NCBI GenBank assembly: GCA_951406725.2
Contig: OX597823.1
Span: 16,058,001-16,122,000 of the forward strand
DNA length: 64,000 nucleotides
Direction: 5' to 3'
Source: Octopus vulgaris
Taxonomy: Eukaryota
This document shows positions 38,467-52,630 of this stretch, piece after piece (the stretch's first letter is position 1; every line of letters begins with the position of its first letter). A model generated the notes under the pieces. The model was not told the DNA's origin, did no database searches, and saw only the letters and a list, made by a program, of their open reading frames with translations. The position numbers and the translations under genes were made by a program.

Positions 38467-38903
38467 ACCCGTCGTTGTGTATTAAGTTACAAGAATGCAA
38501 TGAGTTGACAGAATCGTTACTCCACCGGACAAAATGCTTTGTAGCATATCTTCCAACTTTTTACGTTTTTATAAATAAGAAAATATACCGCTACATAATT
38601 TTACTTCCTATTATATAATGATTACGGATATTGGTTAATAGTTGCTTCTTGGAGGCTTTTTCTGACTATTCATTTTTGCAGTTAATATTTTAAAAACTTG
38701 CTTGAAGGACGTTAAAGTTGTTTTAGGTGAGATATCGCTGCATGTATTACTAATATTATATAGGGAGCTGCACATAGAGGGTTTAGAAACTGCAGTTTGG
38801 CCGGCGTTGATATAAAATGCTCTTAAAATGACTACGATCACTTTTCTGTAATGCAACAGCATATAGATAGATAGATAGATAGATATATATATATATAGAT
38901 AGA

Positions 38904-38944
<41 letters not shown>

Positions 38945-38987
38945 TGACTGGCACACTGACTGACAGACTGACCGACAGACTGACAAG

Positions 38988-39063
<76 letters not shown>

Positions 39064-39114
39064 CCGACAGACAGACAGATAGACTGACTGACACATTGAC
39101 TGACAGACTGACAA

Positions 39115-39219
<105 letters not shown>

Positions 39220-39270
39220 CCGACAGACAGACAGATAGACTGACTGACACATTGACTGACAGACTGACAA

Positions 39271-39319
<49 letters not shown>

Positions 39320-39327
39320 TAGATAGA

Positions 39328-39940
39328 TATGTTTCTTTATTAGCCACACAGGGCTGCACACAGATAGAACAAATTACAAGGTAGAGCTTTTCTTTTGAAG
39401 GTTTAAAAAAAAAAAAAAAAAAAAAAAAAGGAAGGGGGAGTTTCGATCAAAAGGGATCGTAAAAGGAGAGAAAGAGGACAAAAAAAGGGGGTTAAAAAAA
39501 AAAAAAAAAAAAAATGATCAATAGGGATCGTTATCACAGAAATGTCAATATGAAGTGTAAAGGGGAGGACAGGTGAGGTTTACCCGTGGAAAGAAAAGCC
39601 TACGGAAAAGACCACGGTAACCTCGGTCAATGAAGTCACATTTTATATTTCTTTTTTTTTTTTTTTTTTTTTGCAAATAAGCAACTCTCTGTTTTCGATT
39701 TCTGGGTTCATAGGACTATGCTCAAGGTGGCTTCGTCATTCATACGTGCCATTCTTGCTACATTCACCCATCTTTTTTTAAAACATTCGCTAGACAAAAC
39801 TTGCCTCTCTACTCTCACTTTCCTTTTCAAGTGGTACTTGAAGAAGTTGATGAGAGATTGACCAGAGAGGAAAGTGTTTGTCTCCAATCCTTTCAGACGC
39901 GTCCACCAGATACATTCTTTCGCCATAGCCACAAGGATGA
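39328..39940 (-). mobile_element. Tx1/L1-like LINE 3' end inserted in (GATA)n
   Basis: ILVAMAKECIWWTRLKG...[16 protein letters not shown]...FKKRWV resembles L1/Tx1 ORF2 C-termini. Copy of 11092-11615 with a different 5' truncation. Confidence 0.7.
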
Positions 39941-39941
39941 T

Positions 39942-40018
<77 letters not shown>

Positions 40019-40743
40019 AATGTAAGTATATGCGATAACTCGCATATTCATTCTCAATATGTTCGAGCACTTTCGAACGTGTATATGCAAATCGGTGTCG
40101 TGTTTCGTCACGGGAGAATAACTTCTCTATTAAGAGGAATGTGTGTTCACAACGCACTCGACTCCTTAACGAGTTCCACACACTCGAATACCAGGTGTAT
40201 GTGTGGGTGTGGGGTATGAGAACTTAGTTCAGAGACAGCCAATGTCTGAATCAACTGTAATTAATCAATTTGGAAAAGGTACCTAAACATATTGACCCCA
40301 AAGGAATAGAAAACTCAAGTGTTATTAGCCCAAAATTCTCGTCTCTAATTCTAATGATTTATAATTTTATATCTGTATCCTTTTTGTTTATTATTATCTA
40401 TTTTAGGTACGAAACATTTAGTAGTTTTAATTTTTTTTTCTTTTTATTGTACATTTTCGACCCAAGACTTAGATATCGGTCCTTAAAAACAGGAACGAGT
40501 TTATTAAAAACTTTCTCAATGGATAATTATCCAGAAGTACGTTTTTGTATAACTAATATCCTATTTCCTGTTGTTTCCATTAATTGCGCAATTAAATTTA
40601 GTATATGATTTTGATCAAACTACATTGAAATCATTATAAATACTTATTTTATCTTAGGACAGTGACATTGACAAAATATTTGAGTGCAGTGATTTATCCC
40701 TTTTCACAGTTCTGAATTAAAGCCTTTGGCTAATAAACAGTAC

Positions 40744-41078
40744 TAGCAGTAGTGCATGCATATACAGCTGCGCGCATGCGCACATACACACGAGTACTGT
40801 CCAAATCTCCGACCAATCACATACAGCTAGCTGGCATTCAATTGGCGTATCAAGTTTCGAGCATTTTGATTGGGTTTTGGATAGAAAATTCACAAAAAAG
40901 TCGCTTCTATTGATTTTTAATGGATTTGCGGGATGACTGGAGAAATGTAAAGATGTGCATGACCACCCTTGGACGGTTTTGAATGACCATAGAAAGTGTG
41001 AGCTCTCTAACTGAAAAATTGTGGATTTGTATAAAGGACACACACGCAGACATTTTGCCGTTAATATATAGAGAGAGA
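40744..41078 (-). mobile_element. Non-autonomous Helitron
   Basis: Minus-strand 5' TCTCTCTCTATATATTAACGGC and 3' ...TACTGCTAG. Confidence 0.6.
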
Positions 41079-41780
41079 TGTCACCACACTAATGTAGCTA
41101 GGTAGGGGTCGTGGGGCGGGGGAACGGAAGAGCCGCCCCGAGCGGCACATACTCTTGCTACGCTAGTGTGCCTCAATATTCAATCAACCAACTCTGACAC
41201 ACGAATTGCATTATTTCAAACTAGTTTTTATTTGTCCACAGCCAAACTGCTTAAATTTCAATTGCAGTGTTGCAACTCTGAATTGATATCAATTTTGCAC
41301 TTCGGCTGTGAGGCTTGGTTAAATAAGCTTCGGCAATACACGTAAGTAGAGAATGCGAGTGGCCGAGCCGAGAACGTACTGCTAGAGAAAGTGCTGGATA
41401 ACTAAGCGAGGTCGACGGTTCGTATTCTCCTGTGTCGATCTATGGTCAACACAATCATCAAACAACCCGGTGCAATTAGTAGTAAATAGATACTACAGCA
41501 TAGCGTATCTCTCTTCTATAAGCAGTGACAGAATGAAGAGTAAGTCGTTAATTTTCGGTACTGAGTGTTTAGTTCCTTTTGAGGGAAAGACAAGTCTGCG
41601 CTGGATGAGCTCCCCAGCCAGGCTGTGGTATGGTAGATATTGATTCCATTGTGAATTCTAATAAAATTGAGGAAAAATACTCGGTGATTAATTTCACTCC
41701 TGTATAAGTAAATGACGGTATATTTCGGTCAAGAGTAATTTTTGTTCAAAGTCATTATTTCAGCAATTATCGCTCGAACT

Positions 41781-42238
41781 CAGAAGTTCTCAAAGTTGGC
41801 GCTACCGCCCCCTGGTGGGCATTGAGATGGTCCATGTGCGCGCTGGTGCCTAAGGGGGCAGTAGAGAAAAAGGGGGCGTTGGGAGGAAGGCAGTGGATTG
41901 GGGGACGCTATGAATTTATCATAATACTGTATGCAAATTGTGTAATATTATATTAAATATCAAATGATTCATAGTATATATATAAATTAGTAAAATATAA
42001 AATATCTATTTATAAATAAAATACGGGTGGAGGCGCTGAGGGTATTATGTGGCTATAAATTAGTAAAATATAAAATATCTATTTATAAATAAAATACGGG
42101 TGGAGGCGCTGAGGGTATTATGTGGCTATAAATTAGTAAAATATAAAATATCTATTTATAAATAAAATACGGGTGGAGGCTCTGAGGGTATTATAAGGCT
42201 ATGGGGGCGCGGTGACCCAAAATGTTTGAGAACCTCTG
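41781..42238. mobile_element. hAT-type MITE
   Basis: TIRs CAGAAGTTCTCAAA / TTTGAGAACCTCTG. 8-bp TSD CTCGAACT / CTCTAACT (7 of 8 match). Confidence 0.8.
41981..42200. repeat. 73-bp minisatellite x3 inside the MITE
   Basis: Units start at 41981, 42054 and 42127. Confidence 0.92.
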
Positions 42239-42660
42239 CTCTAACTTATTTTGTAATGATTCTACACAGCCATCAGATAATCCTTCATGGCCTGCATTCA
42301 AAATTATTCTACCCGTCCTACATTCCAAATATTCTACCCGCCCTATATTTTAGGTTGTTCTGCATTACCTGTATTCCATAATATTCGCAATATTTCAAGT
42401 ATTTTCAGTAGAACCGGAATTACTTAGTCGATAAAGTTATTAAATTAAATCCATTGCAGGCATTTCGTTGTATTTCTGGATAGAACTTTTATTCTACGTT
42501 AGATCAAATGCATCGATCTCGTCACATAATAGTCCACATAGTTGTCGAGAATAAGGAACAGAAGAAGGGGAAAAGATCAATAGTGCTAAATACTAATCGA
42601 TGTATAGATCTGATTTTAAAATCAAACAGTTGACCCTATATATTTATTTATTTGTTTGCT

Positions 42661-42692
<32 letters not shown>

Positions 42693-42819
42693 TGTATGTA
42701 TGTATGTATGTATGTATGTATGTATGTATGTATGTATGCATGTATATGTGCAGATTTGTATGTTTTGTTTTATGTATGTATTCTCATGCATATTGTTGCA
42801 TATATAATCATGCTTATAT

Positions 42820-43822
42820 ATACTTAAATGATAAACTTCTGGAAAGTTTTTCAGATTTTTACAGTTCCAGTGATTAATTGGATCTGTAGCCTTCGAATTA
42901 ACTTTCTCCTTTCTGGTTTTGAGAAGCCTAATTTCTCAAGATTGGTATTTAGTTGGTGTGTTACATATCCCAGTGCCCCACTAATTACAGGTATAAACCT
43001 GAACTTGTAATCTGGCTAGAGTAACTGTAGATTTCTCAATAGTTCAGCACAGGTGCTCTCTTTCTCACTGATCTTCAGCCTTATGTTAACATCCGCTGGG
43101 CAGCTAATTTCCACAACTACGCACAGTTTCTCTTCTCTGTCCCAATTCTTTATATAAGGTATGTTGTGCGTACATTTTATTGAGGTCTTCACGTGTACAT
43201 TCCACCAGTATTCCTTTTCATTATGAGTGGCTATGGCTTCTACTATATTGTGGATTTTTATTCCTTTGTCCTCGGGATTATCCTTCCAACGGATTTCGTT
43301 ATAGAGTGTCCTAGTTACAACGTCATGTCTCATCGGTAGGTAATACCGTGATGACATTTTCGGACATCTGCTTATGATGTGGGTGATATCTTCAGTGTGA
43401 ACTCCACAAAGTCTGCATCGGTTGTCGCATCTTACGGCATTTCCCGCATCTCTATCCCTCTTGTGCATCAGGTACTTTGTTGATATTTCCTGCTCTTGGA
43501 TTGCAAATATATACCCTTCAAAGTGGGAGGTAATAATCCAGCTATTCGTCCATGATAGACTACTTTGGTGATCGATGTTTCTATCATCACGGAGATTTCT
43601 ACTAACATATCCATGCATAGTCTTCTGCTCATACAGTCTCATCCGTTCATCTGATGATATGTAGCGGTAGAGTCGTGCGACTTCTTTGGGCATGTATTCT
43701 AGGTTATCAGACAAAGAGTGTTGCTCAAGGAGCTGCCTTCCAAGTCTTATGATGTTATCAGCTTCATGTATGCAAACTTGGTCAAGAGATACACTTCGAC
43801 GCTTGGTGATTAAAAGATGCTG
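42820..43822 (-). mobile_element. R4/Dong-like LINE 3' fragment
   Basis: ORF 43016-43714: HFEGYIFAIQEQEI, CRLCG..EDITHIISRC (CCHC), RHD, VVEISCP. Same family as 27780-29480. Confidence 0.88.
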
Positions 43823-44409
43823 TATGTATGTATGAATTATGTATTATGAACGTATGAATGTGTGTATGTATGTACGTACGTTCGTAAAATCCTGGATATA
43901 TGAGTTTGTCTTTCACCTTTAAGAGTTGATTCACTCAAATGCACTTTAGTGGAGACAATGATTCATTCAACAAATACACTTGTTTCCCTGGAAACGTCTG
44001 GTCATGTAGTGATGGGAGAAATTCTTACAGAAAAATGGATTTCTCACAAGATTTCCAGGTTACGTATGCGTATAGTATTTTTAAAGTAGTTTTTTTTCAC
44101 ATGAATGAGTGCTTTCAATGTTTAATCTCGTTTCCCTCAGTTCAAATGTTCAATCTTATTTTTCATACATTCGTTGATGTTAAAACGTCCATTCCAAACT
44201 ATGACTGATTCTGTTGAATACCCGTGTAAGAAAAACTAGTTTTGCATCTCGTAAAATAAATATCTGTAATTTGATGTGTAGATGCGCACTCAGCAAGTTA
44301 ATTATGCATAACAAATGTATTACAGTAGATGGCTCGTGATATTTCTTGCCAGAGCACTATATTCTCCAGTATGACGCCATGAAGAGGACAGTAAACACTA
44401 ACCCCTCAG

Positions 44410-44626
44410 GCAGCGAGCTGGCAGAAACGTTAGCACCCCGTGGGAAATGCGTAGCCGTATTTCGTCTGCCGTTACGTTCTGAGTTCAAATTCCGCCGAGG
44501 TAGACTTTGCCTTTCATCTTTTCAGGGTCGATAAATTAAGTACCAGTTACGCACTGGGGTCGATGTAATCGACTTAATCCGTTTGTCTCCTCTGTGTTTA
44601 GCCCCTTGTGGATAGTAAAGAAATAG
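44410..44626 (+). mobile_element. SINE family C, monomer
   Basis: 19-bp TSD GTAAACACTAACCCCTCAG at 44391-44409 and 44627-44645. Confidence 0.92.
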
Positions 44627-45049
44627 GTAAACACTAACCCCTCAGAGTCTATGAGGTTTGCATAACCATCACTTAATATCTAACTTAAATGCTTCAGTTC
44701 AGATTATGTTTGAAAATAAGTACTATATCCTATCTGTGTACATTGGTTTCCGATTTAGGTAAAATACGAGCATTTTTGTTTTTCTTGAGAAAGAGAGAGA
44801 GATAGGAAGGGAAAGAGAGAGGAAGAGAGAGATAGGAAGAGAGAGAGAGAGGAAGAGAAAGGAAGAGAGAGAGAAGGGGGTCCAGTCGATACCTGTCTAT
44901 GAATATAATTATCGATTTTCACGAATAACTGATAAGTTCAGGGGAAATCATTTCTCGTTATATTCTTTTCTAGAATTATTATCTTAAATAATGTATTCTT
45001 CTATGTAATGTTCATTCATCACTAAAGCCTAAAAAAACGCTCATTCGGA

Positions 45050-45800
45050 ATGTTACTGAGCTATCATCTAAAATTGCACATACCAAATAGCAAACATTTT
45101 AAAATGCATTCCATCAAAATCAACTATCGCCATCTCTGAATAACGAGTAACCTTGGAACAGTGGCTGCTACAATGGTAAACTATATCACCAACAATACTT
45201 ATTTTACAGCTGGGTCAACGAACTTCATAACATCCGTGGCAAGAGTGTCAAACTCATTTATTATGAAACGAGGCCAAATATTATGTGAGTACTCTGCCTT
45301 TATAACAATACCTACGACATCATCCATCTTTAATAGTTTGCTGCACAACACTTCCCTATGTATGATACAGTTAACATAAAATCAATGGTTTTTGATGACA
45401 AGTTATAGTTTTCCCGTTAATTTTGTTGCCACGCTAGCTTTTCTGACCAGTATTTGCGGTGTTCCGTCAGTAAAAGCGCTCACATTTTACGCGTAATCAA
45501 CACCTATTTTATCTAAAGATGCCATTTCTTCTTCATGTTCTCTTCTAAGATCACAATTTCACAAATACTTCTGTTGCATGCATACTTTCATCTACTTTTC
45601 ATGTACAAACTTCAAGTTGTGTGTCACACGACTCACATTCGTATTTTCATCAATTGTAACACAAAATACTGCAAACGATTTTAATATGTCTATTGGTTAA
45701 CTATCAAAATTCTCTAAAAAAAAAAAACACGGTGTAAAACCAGTTTTGCTTTTCTAAATTTTTCTCAATGTGTCTTGGTGCTTTTCTTCTCATTTCAAAA
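45050..45800 (-). pseudogene. hAT (Charlie/GTF2IRD2-like) transposase relic, downstream part
   Basis: Manual translation remnants IDENTNVS, SAFTDGTP and NCIIHREVLC resemble DESTD, TDGA and HCIIH motifs. Confidence 0.6.
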
Positions 45801-45984
45801 ATACCCATAGATTTTGCCTGCTATTGATATTTTAAGAGGAAATCGTGGTTTTATATTAGAAGAAAAAATGCTTTGTTGCGGTAATGCTTTATTGGCCTTT
45901 TACATTGTGTGCCAATATCAATCAAGTAATATTTTTGTTACCTACGAAACCATGAACCACCATATGTACACCATGCCTCTCTTT

Positions 45985-48248
45985 CGACACCACTCATTGC
46001 CTATTCAAGTTTCTCTGGCCTCAACAATGTCCTTATTTGCAATCCAGTAAAAATTCCGCCCTTAACCTTTGCCTCAGATAGCTTTGGAAAGAGTAAACGA
46101 ATTTCTTGAAAGGCTTCTCCACCATGATCTGAGGCCTTCACAGACTGTTTGACGAAACTCAGTTTTATGTGAAGTAGAGGTAACAAAACCTTGGCAGGAT
46201 CTACAAGAGGTTGTCTTATAACATTTTGCTTTCCTGGCTGCATATTATTTCGTGGGGGCCAGACAACCTTCTGCTAATGTTCAGGATCAGCTCTGCTGCC
46301 ATAGACAAAGAAAGCATGAATAGTTTGTGTATCCACCCTGCAATCCAAGCAAGAAGACAAGCATCTTAAAATTACCACAAACATCCCGCGTAGTTTACTT
46401 TCTGAAAAAGCTTTTTGACATTTTCATATTCTTCTTTCATCTGCACAGAATATGCGATAGGTAAAGATCAATACTGATTTCCATTGTGCAGTAAAACTGC
46501 TTTGAGTCTTCTTGCTGAGCAGTCTATTAAAAGTCGCCATTCTTTTGGATCATGATCAATTCCAATAGCTGCAAGCAAGCCATTTATATATTTGCAGAAA
46601 CAGAGATCTTCACAAATATCCTCATGTCGTTCCTGTACACTGTTGATTAGCATTCTTCCCCCCAATAAATTCCATTTCTTCAGCCTGGGTGCTCAAAGTT
46701 CAGCTCCTGACTTTGGTAGGTCTAAGTCCCTGGTGAGATCATCCAGTTCGCGTTGATTTGGAGAATGTAAGCGAGTACTCATTCTAGGCTTGAACGCTTC
46801 ATCCATTTCTTGGTTGCTGCTACCTTCGAACTCTCCTGATAACACTTTCGTAGTATCTTCTCCCTGAAAGTTAAAATGTTTGCATATAATAACTTAAACT
46901 AGAATATGAATTTTATTAGTAACCATAGCATTAAAAGAAAACTGAGCTAAATGTTTTGAACCTTTGAATTTCGACTATTTTATCTAGTATATGGATTTTA
47001 AATTTTCTGGTGGTTGTGGTACAGTAACTTGTTATTCTGACATAGGTACAATAGAGGATGGTATGCTGGGATACTGAAGTGTTTGTCTTCCTTTAACGTT
47101 TCTGGACTTTGTTTCATCAATCATGCAAAAATAGCAGTCGCCGTGATTGTGTTTTGGCTCTCGCCATACTCTTGGAATAACAAAAGGCATGGCTTTTCTT
47201 GCACCTCTTAACCATCCTTCTAAATTTGATCGACAACTTCCACATATTACATGGAGGGAGTCCAAGGCTTATTTCGATCACCCAAATTCATTTCAACGTA
47301 GAGTCTATAAGCGATCTGGAACTTGGCACCTTTCACGATTTTATGAGATACATGCCTTGTTCCAACACGTATTCGCATATATTACAGAAATAATCTGGTG
47401 AAGTTTTGAATCCTCTAGTAGCCATGGTCAAGAAAATCTCTCTCTATATAAACGGCAGTTTGTCTGTGCGTGTTTCTGTGTGTCTGTTTGCTTGTACCCT
47501 CACTCTGACCACGGCTTTCAACCGATTCTGATGAAACTTGACACACACATAGCCCAATGTCATAATTCAAAACTAACGCAGCGAAAATTTTGAAAAGTTC
47601 CCCCAGTTCTGAAAAAAAATCGATAAATTCGACATGGGGTCGAGAATCAGGAACACAAACCACAAACTGTGTAGGGGACGCAACTCCACCTTTTTTAACT
47701 ATCAAAAAAAAATTTACCATCATTTTTTTCCATTTTTTTGCTATTTTTTGGCTATAACTCTCTAAAAATGCTTTATAGTTATTTCCCTTGCAAACCTGAG
47801 CAACGCCGGGCGATACTGCTAGTTTAGAATAATATTCACAATACGGAGCTGAAAGAAAAAGTATTAGTACTATATCAATCTACACCGTAGCGAACTGTCC
47901 CTCTACAACAGAAGGGAGTCCATCAATTTTATCAGACCAAAGTGAAATTAGCGTACCTGTCAGACACCATGAAAAGTGGAGTCGCTTATCACTGGTCATT
48001 CATTAGAGGCTTACATTAAACTAAAACCACGATTTTCTTTAGCTAGCCCAAATTTTGGATAAAAATGAGCAGAATGTCTTTCCTTAAACATTATATTTGT
48101 TAATAATTAGTGTAACTTGATATATCTCAACAACGGTCAATAGTAGAGAAAAAGTTAGATCATTTTCGGAGTCGGCGCGAAAATTTGCATAATAAACTCT
48201 TTAAAAATTAGGATAAACAAAACTTTTACAAAATAATTTTGTGACACA
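45985..48248 (-). mobile_element. Decayed DNA transposon of the 'PLHIKLG' transposase-like family (superfamily uncertain)
   Basis: HVICGSC..MPFVIPRVWREPKHNHGDCYFC, EWRLLIDCS..RLKAVLLHNGN, PLVDPAKVLLPLLHIKL, FPKLSEAKVKGGIFTG.QIR. Confidence 0.7.
47437..47822 (+). mobile_element. Non-autonomous Helitron
   Basis: A|TC...GAGCAACGCCGGGCGATACTGCTAG|T. Last 110 bp or so match 35630-35740. Confidence 0.88.
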
Positions 48249-48249
48249 C

Positions 48250-48780
48250 CAATTCTATCTGCAATGTATTTCTTGAGGCTTACTGTTGCAAGTGCGTGGC
48301 GGTTTTTCCGGCAACTATCTTTTGCGATCAACATAAATTTCATTATAATGTTCCCTTCTGGAAACGGCTTCGCTTACACAGCTATTTTACGAAAACTTTT
48401 ATAACTTGCATTAACTGCAATAGCGAACACCCTTGACTTGACAATTACGTTCAAATATCGAATACTGATTTTGCTGGTTTTTAAATAAATGCTCCGACTC
48501 TTCAAATTTGTCTTCACGTAACTTTCCCCTATATTCATCACACCTCGAAGCATGAGCTGCTGTATAATGTCTTCAAGTGTTATATTCTTTCACCGCAATC
48601 ATATAATACACGCAAATCAAGTATTCTGGGTTTCCATTCACTTTAACGAAAAAGTTCGAGATTTTCCACTTTTACGGTACCCACACGACACACTTAACTG
48701 CCTGTAACAGATCTCTTTCCGAATTCGATTTTACAGCATCTAAATCTGAGTTAGAACCTACGTTTCATTAATATCATCAT
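48250..48780 (-). pseudogene. hAT (Charlie/GTF2IRD2-like) transposase relic, upstream part
   Basis: Remnants AVKEYNT*RHY, AKPFPEG and VSLKKYIADRI. Confidence 0.6.
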
Positions 48781-49422
48781 AGTTGGTAGTTTTTGACATT
48801 GTTACCCATGGATTTCACATTGTTACCCATAGATTTGACATTGTTACTCATTGTTACCATAGGCTCACGCAGTTTCCTAACTAACCCACTTACATATATT
48901 GCATCCTATCACCCTCGATGGAGGACATGTGTAACGTCAGCAGACATCAAAGGAGGTGACAGCGAAAATACGGAGAGTACCTTCTAGAAGTTTTTCGGGG
49001 TTTTTTTCTTTTCTTTTTGTTAGATCTATAAATCTCAGATTTCAACTCTAATCAGAATTGATTTACTTTTGACTAAATATTATGCACATCTGACCCACGA
49101 TGTATAAAATGATCTTTCAACTCTCAAAATTCTTTCTCTCTAATAGTGACATATATACATTCTGATGCCCTGTCGCACTAAAGAGACAACGTTATGTAAA
49201 ATACCTCAGACTTATTTCTTTCTGATAAAGTAAAACCTGTCATCTGGAGCTCAGTCGTTCTCACAAACATTATTATAGGTTCATTGTACCAGTGCTCTTT
49301 CTTAAACTCTAAAAAAAAAGGCTTTCCTCCTCTACCATCATTATCGTTTTCACCGTTATGACTATAGCTATCTCAACAAATAAACTACAGCTATTTACCT
49401 GTCACAACATTGCACACCTTTA

Positions 49423-49638
49423 GGGCAGCAAGCTGGTAAAATCGTTAGCACGTCGGGTAAAATATTTAGCAGCGTTTCGTCCTTCTTTGCGTTCTGAGTT
49501 CAAATTCCCCGAGGTCGACTTTGTCTATCATCCTTTCGAAGTCGATAAACCAAGTGCCAGTTAGGCACTAGGGTCGATGTGATCGACTTACCCACTCCAC
49601 CGAACCTGCTGGCCCTGTGCCAAAATCTGAAACCAATG
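49423..49638 (+). mobile_element. Diverged SINE family C
   Basis: Match to head and body. Confidence 0.75.
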
Positions 49639-49738
49639 TTACACATCTTTACAAAAAACAAGATCTCTTGCTGTGTCACAACATTCGAGCTGACGTGTTC
49701 GGTAATTACTCTTTGAAACAAACACAAGGACAAACACA

Positions 49739-49908
49739 GGCGCAGGAGTGGCTGTGTGGTAAGTAGCTTGCTAACCAACCACATGGTTCCGGGTTCAGTC
49801 CCACTGCGTGGCATCTTGGGCAAGTGTCTTCTGCTATAGCCCCGGGCCGACCAAAGCTTTGTGAGTAGATTTGGTAGACTGAAACTGAAAGAAGCCCGTC
49901 GTATATAT

Positions 49909-49946
<38 letters not shown>

Positions 49947-50157
49947 CTGTGTTTGTCCCCCTAGCATTGCTTGACAACCGATGCTGGTGTGTTTACGTCC
50001 CCGTTAATTTGCGGTTCGGCAAAAGAGACCGATAGAATAAGTACTGGGCTAACAAAAAATAAGTCCCGGGGTCGATTTGCTCGACTAAAGGCGGTGCTCC
50101 AGCTTGGCCGCAGTCAAATGACTGAAACAAGTAAATGAGTAAAAGAGTAAAGAGTAA
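49739..50157 (+). mobile_element. SINE family B, full length
   Basis: Complete head, body and (GAGTAAA)n tail. Confidence 0.9.
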
Positions 50158-50740
50158 GATTAAATTATTCAGTTACGTTACGACGATTTCTCTTCATTCT
50201 TCTTTCTTTCAACTTATCAAAGTACTATCAAAGTACTAACTGGCCCCGTGCCGTCAAAAATGGCGGCTAATTGTAGCACTTTTTGTATAAATATGGTTGG
50301 TAAATCAAATTAATACACTTGTCAATGTTATCTAGTGGTTGTCTTTTGAGATGTGACATCGACCATCGTTTGTTACTGAAAGAACGCTGGTCCACACACG
50401 CAAACATTCACGTACTTCCCTTGTACACGCACGCACACATACACACGTATACTCACACAGAGTTGAAACGCTGTTTGATTTTTCTTTTCAGCGTTCAATG
50501 TTCACCATCCCACTTCCATTACATGCGCGCGCACGCACACACACACACACATTCACATACTTCCCTTTTACATACACACACATACTCACACAGAATTGAA
50601 ACCCTGCCACTACCAGTTTGCCATCACCCCCTTCCTTCCTTATTCATCTATCACCCCTTCCTTTCTCATTCATATGTTGTGACGGAGAAAAATACAAGAG
50701 TATTATTATTATAGCAGATAATTAAATGCCTTGCATTTAA

Positions 50741-50913
50741 GGTGCAGGACTGGCTGTGTGGTAAGTAGCTTGCTTACCAAACACATGGTTCCGGGTTCAG
50801 TCCCACTGCGTGGCACTTTGGGCAAGTGTCTTCAACTATAGTCTCGGGCCGACCAAAGCCTTGTGAATGGATTTGGTAGACGGAAACTGAAAGAAGCCCG
50901 TTGTATATATATA

Positions 50914-50956
<43 letters not shown>

Positions 50957-51146
50957 TTTGTGTTTGTGTATCTGTGTTTGACAATCAATGCTGGTGTGTT
51001 TACGTCCCCGTCACTTAGCGGTTCGGCAAGAATGACAGATAGAATAAGTACTAGGCTTACAAAGAATAAGTCTTGGAGTCGATTTGCTCGACTAAAGGTG
51101 GTGCTTCAGCATGGCCGCAGTCAAATGACTGAAAGAAATAAAAGAA
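50741..51146 (+). mobile_element. SINE family B, full length
   Basis: Complete match. Confidence 0.88.
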
Positions 51147-51280
51147 TATGTAACTCCTCAAATGCTTCGAGACACTAAACATATAGCTTGCTTTTTCTAT
51201 ATTTTATCTAGTTAAAAATCTGCATTTTCTCCTATTTTTTAAAATTTAATTTTGTCACTTGATGCTACTAATATATTAAC

Positions 51281-51534
51281 AAATTAATAAATGCGCCCTT
51301 TTAAAGTCTAGCCAGGCTCATGGGCCCGGTTTCTATGGCGTATGTGTTCCTCAGTTAGACGGGGGACGCCAGCCCATCGTAGCGTTACTCATTTTTGCCA
51401 GCTGAGAGGACTGGAGCAATGTGAAATGAAGTGTCTTGCTCAAGAACACAACGCGTCGCCCGGTCCAGGAATCGAAGCCACAATCTTACGATCATGATGC
51501 TGACACCCTAACCACTAAGCCACGCGCCTCCACT
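51281..51534 (-). mobile_element. tRNA-derived SINE, family E
   Basis: Head GTGGAGGCGCGTGGCTTAGTGGTTAGG..GGCTTCGATTCC. 15-bp TSD TACTAATATATTAAC at 51266 and 51535. Confidence 0.85.
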
Positions 51535-51859
51535 TACTAATATATTAACTATTGCTAAGAGTCGACTGTACTTTTAGTAATAATTATTGTAGTTGTGTAC
51601 TTTTAGAGTAAGCCGACATTGTCGCGTAATTATGAACAGAGAAAGCCTCGTGGCTACTTCCCTTTATTTATCACATCGTTCTGACTGGCGTGAGTTAAGG
51701 TGATTTAGCTTTTATCTTAACCATGGCTAATGTTATGTAAATAAACTTTTAAAATTTTAAAAATAGTCAGATCAATAATTTTCTGAAGTTATAAGGCTAT
51801 AAAATTAGTAAAATCAATAAATTTTTAAGGTTATTTTTCTATCATTCAATTATACAATG

Positions 51860-51958
<99 letters not shown>

Positions 51959-52630
51959 AAGAAAGACCGAAACATCAAGTGTATCCAGGCCCACAGGCAA
52001 GAGGGTAGCTGACCAATTCTTTTTGCTTTTAAAGAAACATTCGTTCGTTACAAGTTCCTTAGACCACTGAAAACGTGAGAGCTACAGAAGTCAAAAGGAC
52101 GATGTACATTAGACTTAAAAGACTAGAGGTCATATTGAAGAGGAAAAGAAAACTGTGGAAGGATATTGGATTGCAGCCATGTTTGACGTCTCTACTGTGA
52201 TTACATAGCCTGCAAGAAATAGCAGCCAAATCTCCCTCATGTCACACCCTGTCACATTAAAAAAAGAGAGTGGATACGACGTATGAAGTAAAGATAGGGT
52301 GGTCATGACCGGAATGTCTTTGATCATAGGGCTGTTCAATCTGGGCAAACCTAGGGCTATACAATGACAACAATTTACAACTAGGGCTTGGACAAGGCAA
52401 CTGGAAGTTAAATGCATGGGTTTATAGTCTCAACACAGTGATGGTGACGACATACACATACCTCTTTGGTCCGATTGTCCGAGTAGCCAATGGACTCAGC
52501 CATCCGTGCTCCAACACTCCATCAAAACCCCATACAGAATACTCTGAAATACAGCACAGTCCATCTTTTTTCACCTATCCACTTTTGACATTTCAAGAAA
52601 GATCTTTCAATCAACGTATTCACTTCTTAT

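Noticed and set aside
41981-42200. Regular repeats resembling a CRISPR array
   Set aside because: Contiguous 73-bp units without unique spacers, inside a MITE in eukaryotic DNA.
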